Positions 16,865 to 24,722 of a DNA stretch of 32,000 nucleotides are shown one piece after another. Made by a program: the position numbers and the translations under genes. The stretch is from Candidatus Auribacterota bacterium (GTDB lineage Bacteria; Auribacterota; UBA6266): positions 1-32,000 of the forward strand of contig JAGLRQ010000079.1 in assembly GCA_023136205.1 (NCBI GenBank), read 5' to 3'. The notes below the pieces were generated by a model. It was not told the DNA's origin. It worked only from the letters and a program-made list of their open reading frames with translations, and did not search any database. Numbering within the stretch: the first letter of the stretch is position 1; the number at the start of each line of letters is the position of its first letter.

Positions 16865-18145
16865 CTATAAATTTCTTTTAAAAAACCTATGAAATGATTT
16901 TGTTGTAACCCCTTCATATTTCTTAAGGTCCACATTGTTGGTTTTAAACATATCAATAGCTAGAGATTCTTCCATTGGATATGCTTCTAAATATACGACT
17001 TGAATAATACCCGAAGCGATAATTTTTTTACAGCATAACATACAGGGGAAAGCAGAAGTATATAATTTTGTTCCATGCAATGATGTGCTTCCCAATCTGG
17101 CAGCTTGAATAATTGCTGCTTCTTCAGCATGTACAGCCCTGCAAACACTCAATAATTTCCCAGGAAAAACTTCGTTTTTAAAACCACAATCTACACATAA
17201 CTTGCTATTCTTTTCTAATTTATGCCCACATTTTCTACAATATATATTATTTTCTAAAAACTCTTTCTTTATTTTGGCCCGATAACATTTTTCAGGGTAT
17301 TTTTTCTTACAATCTTCGTCTTCGTAAGGGACATTATTGCAACCGGTGGCAATTACATATCCTATAGCGCCCTTCAATTTTTCTTTATCAAGTTCTTTTT
17401 TAAAAGAGTAAGTATCGCGAACTATAACTGCCCCTACTTGCCTTTTGGAACATCTTGATTGCAAAGCTACACTGCAGGCTTGGTGCATATACGCCTCATT
17501 AGGGTAAGGAGGCCTACTCTCAGAATTTTCTATGAGATCATAAAAATCGGATAATCTCTGTGCATAACTATCAATAATCTTACCATTTTTTGTCCCATCA
17601 CAATCAAAAAAATCTTCTTCTGCATTAACAGAAATATCTGCCATTTCCATGCATTTTTTTACTTGTTGCCCATGTAGATTTTTCGTATCCCCGGCGTCCC
17701 GTTTTTCAATCTCACCAAACTCGTCTTTATGTTTAAACAAATCTTTTAATCTATCCCATCTTTTGTCATGGGATGCATCAATAGATAATAAAACAAAATG
17801 TTTTTTAAATTTTCTTTGAAAAGTTTCAATTTCATGTGGATTTCTGAAACATTCAATTACAGCTTTTTTGGGCTTTCTTTTGCATATTTCTTCAACTATT
17901 GGAGCTACAGTTTCGGGGTTTTCAGGGTTCTTTTTTCTTAATTCATCACCTAAATCTTGTAAAATCATTCTTTTTTTATTGGGTTGTTTCTTATCAAAAT
18001 CTTTGACTTTTTTTTTCGCTTTTTCTTTCAACAATGCTGAAATACTAAAATATTCCATTCCTTTGGTATTATGAAAGAACTTACTGGTTTCAGTGCAACC
18101 AGATCCAAATCTTCCGGTTAATCCAATTATCATTGTATCTTTCAT
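16865..18145 (-). CDS. Nucleotide-kinase-like P-loop domain fused to a CMP/dCMP-type zinc deaminase (architecture of defensive dCTP deaminases)
   Basis: N-terminal GLTGRFGSGCT P-loop. C-terminal SKRQVGAVIV...GCNN...HAEEAAI...PCMLCCKKI deaminase motifs. A CxxC...CxxC insert (CRKCGHKLEKNSKLCVDCG) lies before HAE. Confidence 0.8.
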   Translation of the reverse strand: MKDTMIIGLTGRFGSGCTETSKFFHNTKGMEYFSISALLKEKAKKKVKDFDKKQPNKKRMILQDLGDELRKKNPENPETVAPIVEEICKRKPKKAVIECFRNPHEIETFQRKFKKHFVLLSIDASHDKRWDRLKDLFKHKDEFGEIEKRDAGDTKNLHGQQVKKCMEMADISVNAEEDFFDCDGTKNGKIIDSYAQRLSDFYDLIENSESRPPYPNEAYMHQACSVALQSRCSKRQVGAVIVRDTYSFKKELDKEKLKGAIGYVIATGCNNVPYEDEDCKKKYPEKCYRAKIKKEFLENNIYCRKCGHKLEKNSKLCVDCGFKNEVFPGKLLSVCRAVHAEEAAIIQAARLGSTSLHGTKLYTSAFPCMLCCKKIIASGIIQVVYLEAYPMEESLAIDMFKTNNVDLKKYEGVTTKSFHRFFKRNL

Positions 18146-18252
18146 TTATTTATATTTATTTTCAAAATAGAGATGGAGACTATTCTCCCTTAACATCCAA
18201 ATCAAGGATTACACTATCAAATTAAATGTGGTTTTGCAAGGTGTTGTTGTAA

Positions 18253-18475
18253 TTCCAGCGACACAATACCCAATCACCAAAACTTTCCCTCCCGAACATA
18301 AACCTCAAAAACACCATTCCTCAGCCTAATTTTCCGGATTTGCGATTTCGATATCCAGGTCTTCTCTACATTTTCAACTAAAATAGCTTTATCGGTTTCA
18401 TGCAAGATACGGATTTGAACCCAAATATACCCGGGTTTTGAGTGTAACAGCCTGTAAATACTAAAGGGTCTAAAC
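18253..18475. repeat. Direct repeat copy 2 (partner of 16248-16480)
   Basis: See copy 1. The two copies are offset by about 2005 bp and bracket the deaminase and Zn-ribbon genes. Confidence 0.7.
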
Positions 18476-18477
18476 AT
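18274..18477 (-). CDS. Small conserved hypothetical protein, paralog B
   Basis: Paralog of 16269-16487. Starts 4 nt after the stop of the HTH ORF. Confidence 0.6.
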   Translation of the reverse strand: MFRPFSIYRLLHSKPGYIWVQIRILHETDKAILVENVEKTWISKSQIRKIRLRNGVFEVYVREGKFW

Positions 18478-18481
18478 AAGC

Positions 18482-18679
18482 TTACACCCCCTTCCACTTA
18501 ATAGCGCGTTGGACTGTTTTACTGCTCACTCTCAGGGATTTGGCTATTTGGGTGCAGGTCATGCCCAGAAGATGTAATTCTGTGGCTTTCTGGGCTATTT
18601 TACGGTATAAAGGAAAGGCTTTAACAGGGAGAATTTTAATACAGGCAGAGATTTCGGAAAAAGTTCGAATTGGTTGCAA
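18482..18679 (-). CDS. HTH module (resolvase/invertase-type); probably the detached 3' segment of the recombinase gene
   Basis: LLGMTCTQIAKSLRVSSKTVQRAIKW is HTH_7-like. There is no ATG; the first codon (TTG) sits exactly at the island-end inverted arm. It is in frame with the LSR once the ends are joined. Confidence 0.5.
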   Translation of the reverse strand: MQPIRTFSEISACIKILPVKAFPLYRKIAQKATELHLLGMTCTQIAKSLRVSSKTVQRAIKWKGV

Positions 18680-18712
18680 CCGGGTCCGCCATTTTAACCA
18701 CTTCGAACCTTT
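18663..18712. repeat. attR region: inverted arm GTTCGAATTGGTTGCAA (18663-18679) plus right copy of direct repeat (18685-18712)
   Basis: 18663-18679 is the exact reverse complement of 1508-1524. 18685-18712 (TCCGCCATTTTAACCACTTCGAACCTTT) matches attL at 25 of 28 positions. Confidence 0.7.
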
Positions 18713-18748
18713 ATTTCGGCAGTATTAAAAAAATGGGGACACATTGGG

Positions 18749-20605
18749 CTAGCCTACGGGTACCTGATTATTTGCAATATATTTTCTGATAATTTCTATA
18801 AATTCATCGGCGTAGGATTCTAATTTTTTCTCTCCTACACCAAAGATCTTCGCGAAAGCCTCTTTTGTAACCGGTTTTATTAGAGCCATATCTCTTAGTG
18901 ACTTATCTCCAAAAATGATATATGCGGGGACTCCTTCATCATGAGCCATTTCCGACCTTTTTTCGCGTAATGACCGGAACAATTCTTTATTTACTCCTTC
19001 CCAATCTTTTTCTCTTTTCTGTTTTCGCTTCGCCGCGACTTGTTTTTTCTTCGCGGTTACCAGCGGTTTTGTCAAAACAGGAACTATTTCTCCTTTCAGA
19101 ACCTGTTTTCCCGATAATGTCAGGGATAGTGTTGAAAATTCTTCATCTCTTCGCAAAAAGCCCTGGCCCACCAACTGTTCAACCATATACCTGATAAAAG
19201 TAATTGATGACTCAGCCATTATGCCGAAAGTAGATAAGAGCTGATGATTCATGCGGTTAACCTGATCGGTTGTTTTCCCTTTTAAAACATCGGCTACGCA
19301 GGATGCTCCAAACCCGAAGCTTTTTCCCCGGCTGACTCTTACAACACACGATATAATTTTTTGAGCTGTGACCAATGATTCTTCAACCATTTCAAGCTCA
19401 TTTAAACAGTAGTCACATGCCTGGCAGGAGGGTTTGTCATAATCCTGTCCGAAATAGTTTACAAGAAATCTATGCCTGCAGTGAGGACGGGAGCAGAAAT
19501 TATAGAGGATGTTTAGTTTATCCATCATAACCTTTTCATGAGGTGATGTTTCTATGAAGGACCTCATAACCCGGTAATCCCCGCCTCCGAAAAACATGTA
19601 GCAGTGTGAGTTAAGCCCGTCGCGCCCGGCACGCCCGGTTTCCTGATGATAATGTTCAATACTTTTCGGCATCGCGGCATGGATAATAAACCGGATGTTA
19701 GAGCGGTCAATTCCCATGCCAAAGGCAATGGTGGCAACAATTATATCAACTTCTTCACGGATAAATTTGTCCTGGTTTATATGCCTGGTAGTGTCAGAGA
19801 GCCCGGCATGGTATGGAACATTCTTAAACCCGAGCGTATTCAGTTTCTCTGAAATATTTTCGACGTCTTTCCTCCGCAGACAATAGATAATCCCCGGTTC
19901 ATCCGGGTGTTTTTCTAAAACGTCTGTTATCTGCTTTATTAAATTTGAACGGGGTATCACCCTGTAGGATAAGTTTGGGCGGTCTATCTGCCTGATATGG
20001 ATTTCAGGATTATTAAGCTGCAGCTGTTCCAAAATATCCTGCTGTACCGCTACAGTAGCCGTAGCTGTAAAAGCATGAACACAAGAGGATTTGAATCTTT
20101 CCTTGATAAACTTCAATTTGCGGTAATCTTCTCTGAAATCGTGTCCCCAATGGCTGATACAATGGGCTTCATCAATAACAAAAAACGCGGGGTTAACTGA
20201 TGTTAAGAGGTTGATGGTTGATTTTTGCTGAAGGCGTTCCGGAGAAATATATAAAATTTTCACCTTCCGTTTTCTAATAAGGCTAATTTCTGTCATTTGT
20301 TCTTTTGGTGTCAGGCTGGAATTCAGACAGCTTGCTGTAATCCCCTTTGCTTTAAGGTCATCAACCTGGTCTTTCATTAATGATATCAGCGGTGAAATAA
20401 CTACAGCCATACTTCCTTTTAACAAAGCCGGAAGCTGAAAACACAAAGACTTCCCTCCTCCCGTAGGCATAACCGTCAATGACTCTTTTTCTCTCAGTAT
20501 TGATAAAATTACATCTTCCTGCAAAGCCCGAAATGATGTATAGCCCCAGTATTGTTTTAAAGCTTCATACATGGGTTTCTGAAACCAATCCGTTTTTCCG
20601 CTCAT
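18749..20605 (-). CDS. recQ: ATP-dependent DNA helicase RecQ
   Basis: FRALQEDVI, TGGGKSLCFQLPAL, DEAHCISHWGHDFR, a Zn-binding Cys cluster, and a C-terminal HRDC-like segment (PAYIIFGDKSLRDMA). The ATG at 20605 is preferred over 20647. Confidence 0.9.
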   Translation of the reverse strand: MSGKTDWFQKPMYEALKQYWGYTSFRALQEDVILSILREKESLTVMPTGGGKSLCFQLPALLKGSMAVVISPLISLMKDQVDDLKAKGITASCLNSSLTPKEQMTEISLIRKRKVKILYISPERLQQKSTINLLTSVNPAFFVIDEAHCISHWGHDFREDYRKLKFIKERFKSSCVHAFTATATVAVQQDILEQLQLNNPEIHIRQIDRPNLSYRVIPRSNLIKQITDVLEKHPDEPGIIYCLRRKDVENISEKLNTLGFKNVPYHAGLSDTTRHINQDKFIREEVDIIVATIAFGMGIDRSNIRFIIHAAMPKSIEHYHQETGRAGRDGLNSHCYMFFGGGDYRVMRSFIETSPHEKVMMDKLNILYNFCSRPHCRHRFLVNYFGQDYDKPSCQACDYCLNELEMVEESLVTAQKIISCVVRVSRGKSFGFGASCVADVLKGKTTDQVNRMNHQLLSTFGIMAESSITFIRYMVEQLVGQGFLRRDEEFSTLSLTLSGKQVLKGEIVPVLTKPLVTAKKKQVAAKRKQKREKDWEGVNKELFRSLREKRSEMAHDEGVPAYIIFGDKSLRDMALIKPVTKEAFAKIFGVGEKKLESYADEFIEIIRKYIANNQVPVG

Positions 20606-20836
20606 TTTCGCGCAGACTCCAATAAATTTATCAGCCCGTAAAATCATACAATATCAGATGTAACTTGTACTCTTTCTATCAACTTAAATCAAGCACATTT
20701 GAGATACTATCAACATTTTCAGGGTGGCCTGACCACTTTTAATATGGGGTTAATAAAATAATAAAATGGCTTGACACAATTCAAGGATACGCACAGAATA
20801 ATATTAACCAAAGACAAAGCCCATGGAGGAAGTTTC

Positions 20837-22732
20837 TTGAAAGCGAAAAAATATAGAAGCTTTTCCTTTTTTAAGTTTTTTTTCTTTTCTTTTGTTATCT
20901 TTCTCTTAGTTGTTTTTATCTTAATCATAACAGCGCCGGCACTCATCTCTTCAGCACAGGGAAAAAGCCTTCTGTTAAAGATAATAAACAACAACTTTTC
21001 AGGAAAAATCAGCATTGAATCAATTAATTTAAACTGGCGGGGCGAACAGTCAATAAAAGGCTTTTCATTAACCGATGATAACAATTCCGTTACTTTTAAG
21101 GCTTTCGAAACTCAACTATCTCTCCTGGATATTCTTCTCAAAAAAAGATTAGATTTCGGAACAACCCGGCTGGAAGATTTATATGCCGAAATATCTTTGT
21201 ATGAAACAAAAGACTTAGGCATAAAGGCGCGGGAGGCCGCAAAAAAGGCCCAACCTGAAAAGACCGATCTAATTGCGTGGTTTTTGCCACGGACATTTTC
21301 AGGCAACATGGAAATAATAAACGCGAACCTTGTGATCTTAAAGCCGGGCATTGATCCCGCGGAATTCAACAATGTTGCCAATCTTTCGACGAACCTGCAT
21401 GTTGAGATAACTGAGGACATAATCAAACTGTCAAAGGCCGCAAAAATAAAATGCGGCATATCTCCGGCTCTTTACAAAATAATCATAGAAAACAATAACT
21501 TAAACAACCGGCTGCTGCTGGCGGAACCAGCCAGCCTTGAAACGAACATTGAAACTTTTGAAATACTCGTAAAAAAACCCGTTAAAGATTTTTTATCTCT
21601 GCTAAACAGCGCAAAGTTTGATATCAAAATGCGCACGCAAAAATTCTCTTTAACGGATACCCTTTATAAGCAGGCCATAATTTTAGCCCCTTTAACTATT
21701 TCCGCCTCAAGCAAAAACGCAAGTTTGAAAACAATTCTCAACGCGGACGCGGTTTTCACATGCACAGATCATTCCGGCAATATTTTGGACAAAGGCGATA
21801 TTTCTGTCCAAAGCGAGATCTCCGATATTGTAAAGCCTGACGGTTCTTTTAATAAAAACGGCTTGCTTTTAAAGCTGAATACCAGTTTTAAAGGATTATC
21901 TACGGCCAGGCTGGATAAGCTTTTCAATACGAATAACACCATCACTGCCGTTATGGGAAAAACATTAGATTTAAAAGCCTCAGCAGAACTCAAAGGTCTC
22001 AAAGGGCCTGTTGATATTTATTTCAAAACCAGTAATTCAACCGCGGCCATATCCGCGCTTATCAATAAGGATTCTGTGCTTTTGCGCGATGATGTAAAAG
22101 CTGAATTGACGGTAACCCCTGCTCTCGGGGCATTAGTGTTGAAAAATATCAATCCGATACTGATTACTGCTGTAAGTTCCAGCAGGCCTATTTATATAAC
22201 CATAAATCAGAACGGGTTTTACGTACCCCTGAACAAAGCTTCTTTTTCCGATATTAAAATTGAAGAAGCGGTTATTGATCTCGGAGAACTAACGCTTGAA
22301 AACGGCGGTTTGCTCAATCCGTTGGTGGCATTTTTAAAATCAACATACGGCAGACAGATGACAGCCAGCTTCACACCTCTTAAAGCCAGCCTCGCGGAAG
22401 GGATTGCTCAATATTCCAGAATGGATACCGTTATAGCAAACAGTTTCCATATAGCTACGTGGGGAACAATTGATATAGAAAACGACACTCTTGATGTTAC
22501 ACTGGGCCTAACATCTGATACCTTGGACAAGGCATTTGATATTGAAGGCCTTTCAGAAGATTATATTCTAAAAATCCCGGTTCGCGGTTCAACAGAAAAC
22601 CCAAAAGTAAACTGGGCAGAAGCAGCAAAACAAATCGGGACGCTTGTTTTAAAAAGAAAAATCGATGAAAAGCTCCCCGGGCTGGGCACCGCAATTGAAG
22701 AATTGTTTAACAAGCCGGATGGAAAAGATTAG
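20837..22732 (+). CDS. AsmA/TamB-like N-terminally anchored envelope protein
   Basis: TM helix followed by an APALISSAQGKSLLLKIIN..GKISIESINLNW opening typical of AsmA-like proteins; long beta-rich remainder. GGAGGA lies 6 nt before the TTG at 20837; the track starts at 20771. Confidence 0.45.
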   Translation: MKAKKYRSFSFFKFFFFSFVIFLLVVFILIITAPALISSAQGKSLLLKIINNNFSGKISIESINLNWRGEQSIKGFSLTDDNNSVTFKAFETQLSLLDILLKKRLDFGTTRLEDLYAEISLYETKDLGIKAREAAKKAQPEKTDLIAWFLPRTFSGNMEIINANLVILKPGIDPAEFNNVANLSTNLHVEITEDIIKLSKAAKIKCGISPALYKIIIENNNLNNRLLLAEPASLETNIETFEILVKKPVKDFLSLLNSAKFDIKMRTQKFSLTDTLYKQAIILAPLTISASSKNASLKTILNADAVFTCTDHSGNILDKGDISVQSEISDIVKPDGSFNKNGLLLKLNTSFKGLSTARLDKLFNTNNTITAVMGKTLDLKASAELKGLKGPVDIYFKTSNSTAAISALINKDSVLLRDDVKAELTVTPALGALVLKNINPILITAVSSSRPIYITINQNGFYVPLNKASFSDIKIEEAVIDLGELTLENGGLLNPLVAFLKSTYGRQMTASFTPLKASLAEGIAQYSRMDTVIANSFHIATWGTIDIENDTLDVTLGLTSDTLDKAFDIEGLSEDYILKIPVRGSTENPKVNWAEAAKQIGTLVLKRKIDEKLPGLGTAIEELFNKPDGKD

Positions 22733-23376
22733 ATACTTTTCTTAAATATTACAAGCCCTATTAAACCGGAAAAAAGTAAAAGCAAAGTATTTAATTCGGG
22801 TATTACCTGTGTCCTGAATATTTGAAACTCTCCATAGTTGCTGCCGGACGCAAGTTTACTGCCCCATATCCAACTGGCATTATCGCTAATCCCGTCAATT
22901 TTACCCCACGGAGAACTTCCATGAACTTTGCTGTGTTTAACAGGACTCCATAATGCGACTGCAATTTCCTGGTCCATAACAAATTGTGAAGGAATGCTAT
23001 CGCCATCATCTAAATCCTTCCAAGACAGATAAACCTCCCAGGCGGAAGTATTTGTTAATAACAAACCGGCGTCAGATACAAACTGTCCTAAAAAACCCTG
23101 CGCGACATAATCATCACTCCAGGCCGCTACATATATGTAATCGCACAGATCCACATCAAATGTAAAGGTTTCAGCACAAGACCAGTTGTATTGGCCGGGG
23201 TTACCCCCAGCGCCAATTTCATTTCCTCCAACGAAAGTAACGTTTTCCCCATCACCAAAATATAATCCATAATGATTATCGACTGTAAGGGTCGCAGTGA
23301 AAGATAAATGGGACGCGCGACTCAAAGAAACCGGGATAACAGCAAAAACACAAAAGAAGATAAAAATCCTGTTCAC
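22729..23376 (-). CDS. Secreted protein with PEP-CTERM-type sorting signal
   Basis: Signal peptide IFIFFCVFAVIPVSLSRA. C-terminus VIPELNTLLLLFSGLIGLVIFKK (PEP-like motif, TM helix, basic tail). GGGAG lies before the GTG at 23376. Confidence 0.5.
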   Translation of the reverse strand: MNRIFIFFCVFAVIPVSLSRASHLSFTATLTVDNHYGLYFGDGENVTFVGGNEIGAGGNPGQYNWSCAETFTFDVDLCDYIYVAAWSDDYVAQGFLGQFVSDAGLLLTNTSAWEVYLSWKDLDDGDSIPSQFVMDQEIAVALWSPVKHSKVHGSSPWGKIDGISDNASWIWGSKLASGSNYGEFQIFRTQVIPELNTLLLLFSGLIGLVIFKKSI

Positions 23377-23496
23377 ATATTTTCTCCCTCGTTTCGGGCT
23401 ACAATTAACAGAACACCAATCGGGACAAAACAAACCAACTGTTCATTATAAGCTTTTCCCCAAAAGAAGTCAATCGCGTAACCTTGTGAACGGGAG

Positions 23497-23961
23497 TTAA
23501 TATGTTTTCTTCGCTTCCATTTTCGCGTCGATAAGTTCTCTATGAGATACCTTTAGAAGATTTGCAATTCTGTGGATAAGCTGGTCCTCGTATTTATCAA
23601 GCCGCCCATCGGCAAATATTACTTTCCAAATATTTACAAGCACATTAAGCTTCTCATCATAAGAAAGGTTTTTGTCAACCATTTTCGTAAACCGGTACAG
23701 ATCAACGCTGTTTTGTTTTTCTTCGCCGGAAACATTGATAAGGATTTGCGCGTCTCCTTCAGCAAGGGCGAAATCTTCTTCAAGTATTTTTAGAATCACA
23801 TTTTTTTCCTTATCGTCTATTTTCCCATCTGCCATAGCAGCTTCCAGCAAAAGGGCGCAAGAGGCAATCCTGACCTTTTCTTTTGCGTTTGTCTCTTTGC
23901 TGCTTTCTCCCGCTTTTTGCTCTTCTGAAAAAAACTCTTTTAATTTCTCAAACAAATTCAT
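23497..23961 (-). CDS. TerB-like (tellurite-resistance/DjlA N-terminal type) domain protein
   Basis: CALLLEAAMADGKIDDKEKNVI...IFADGRLDKYEDQLIHRIANLL shows the duplicated ADG..D..E pattern of TerB. Confidence 0.6.
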   Translation of the reverse strand: MNLFEKLKEFFSEEQKAGESSKETNAKEKVRIASCALLLEAAMADGKIDDKEKNVILKILEEDFALAEGDAQILINVSGEEKQNSVDLYRFTKMVDKNLSYDEKLNVLVNIWKVIFADGRLDKYEDQLIHRIANLLKVSHRELIDAKMEAKKTY

Positions 23962-24005
23962 ATTTATCTTTCCCCCTTAAAAACACCCTGCCCGGTTTTA
24001 ACATA

Positions 24006-24722
24006 TTATTCCTTCCACGGCATAAATACCCCTTTCAATGTTCTCGGTTCTTCTATTGAAGCCGGGGAAAAACCATACCTGTAAGAGAGTTCCCTTACCG
24101 CGCGGCTTATTACAGCAGCGCTTAAAGCCGGCGTTACAAGAAGAATTCCCGCGCCGCTAATCACCCCCACAACAAAAAGAACTCCGAGATAAAACAAAAC
24201 ACCAAATGTAAAAAGAGGATGACAGACAGCCAAAGTTATGGCATCCTTCATTACTCTAAAAACACCCTTCACCCTGAAAGAAAGGGGTAATATGTAAACC
24301 ATCCCCATACAATTAACGAACACCATTATGCCCATTGTAACAGCTATCAGCTTTCCCGCGATCCCAAAACGCGAACTGTAAAAAGAAAAACCCGCGAGAG
24401 CCAAGATTATAACAAACCACATAAAAATTGCAACCGCCGTTGATATAAAAAAATAGGTCTTAAATGCTTTGAAAAAATCTTTGATATTAACTTCCCTGTT
24501 AAAGCTAATTTCATCGGCAAGAAATATTATCGCGGCAGTCGCGGCAGGGCAAGTAATAACCGGCAGAGACAGAAAAAACCAGAGGATGCTGGCACCCAGG
24601 AACAGACCCATATTATCGAAAAACAGCCAGAAACTTTTGGATATAATATTCAGATAGTCAAGCTTGCCTGCCGGATAGGCAGGTTTGACAACATCAGGCA
24701 ATTCGTTTTTTTTCGGAGACAT
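24006..24722 (-). CDS. DUF624/YesL-like membrane protein
   Basis: FFDNMGLFLGASILWFFLSLPVITCPAATAAI opening and multi-TM body. Last gene of the sugar-permease operon, which is the usual context. Confidence 0.5.
   Translation of the reverse strand: MSPKKNELPDVVKPAYPAGKLDYLNIISKSFWLFFDNMGLFLGASILWFFLSLPVITCPAATAAIIFLADEISFNREVNIKDFFKAFKTYFFISTAVAIFMWFVIILALAGFSFYSSRFGIAGKLIAVTMGIMVFVNCMGMVYILPLSFRVKGVFRVMKDAITLAVCHPLFTFGVLFYLGVLFVVGVISGAGILLVTPALSAAVISRAVRELSYRYGFSPASIEEPRTLKGVFMPWKE

Larger units (their letters stand above)
1501..18693. mobile_element. Integrated genomic island (about 17.2 kb) at tRNA-Ser 3' end; serine-recombinase type, defence-gene cargo
   Basis: Direct repeats at 1501-1528 and 18685-18712. 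The LSR lies at the left edge. Cargo is accessory and conflict genes and is visibly more AT-rich than the flanking housekeeping genes. No capsid or terminase genes were recognised. Confidence 0.7.

Noticed and set aside
21112-22694. Minus-strand ORFs 21112-21459, 21769-22002 and 22497-22694
   Set aside because: They are antisense within the long AsmA/TamB-like gene and have no motifs.
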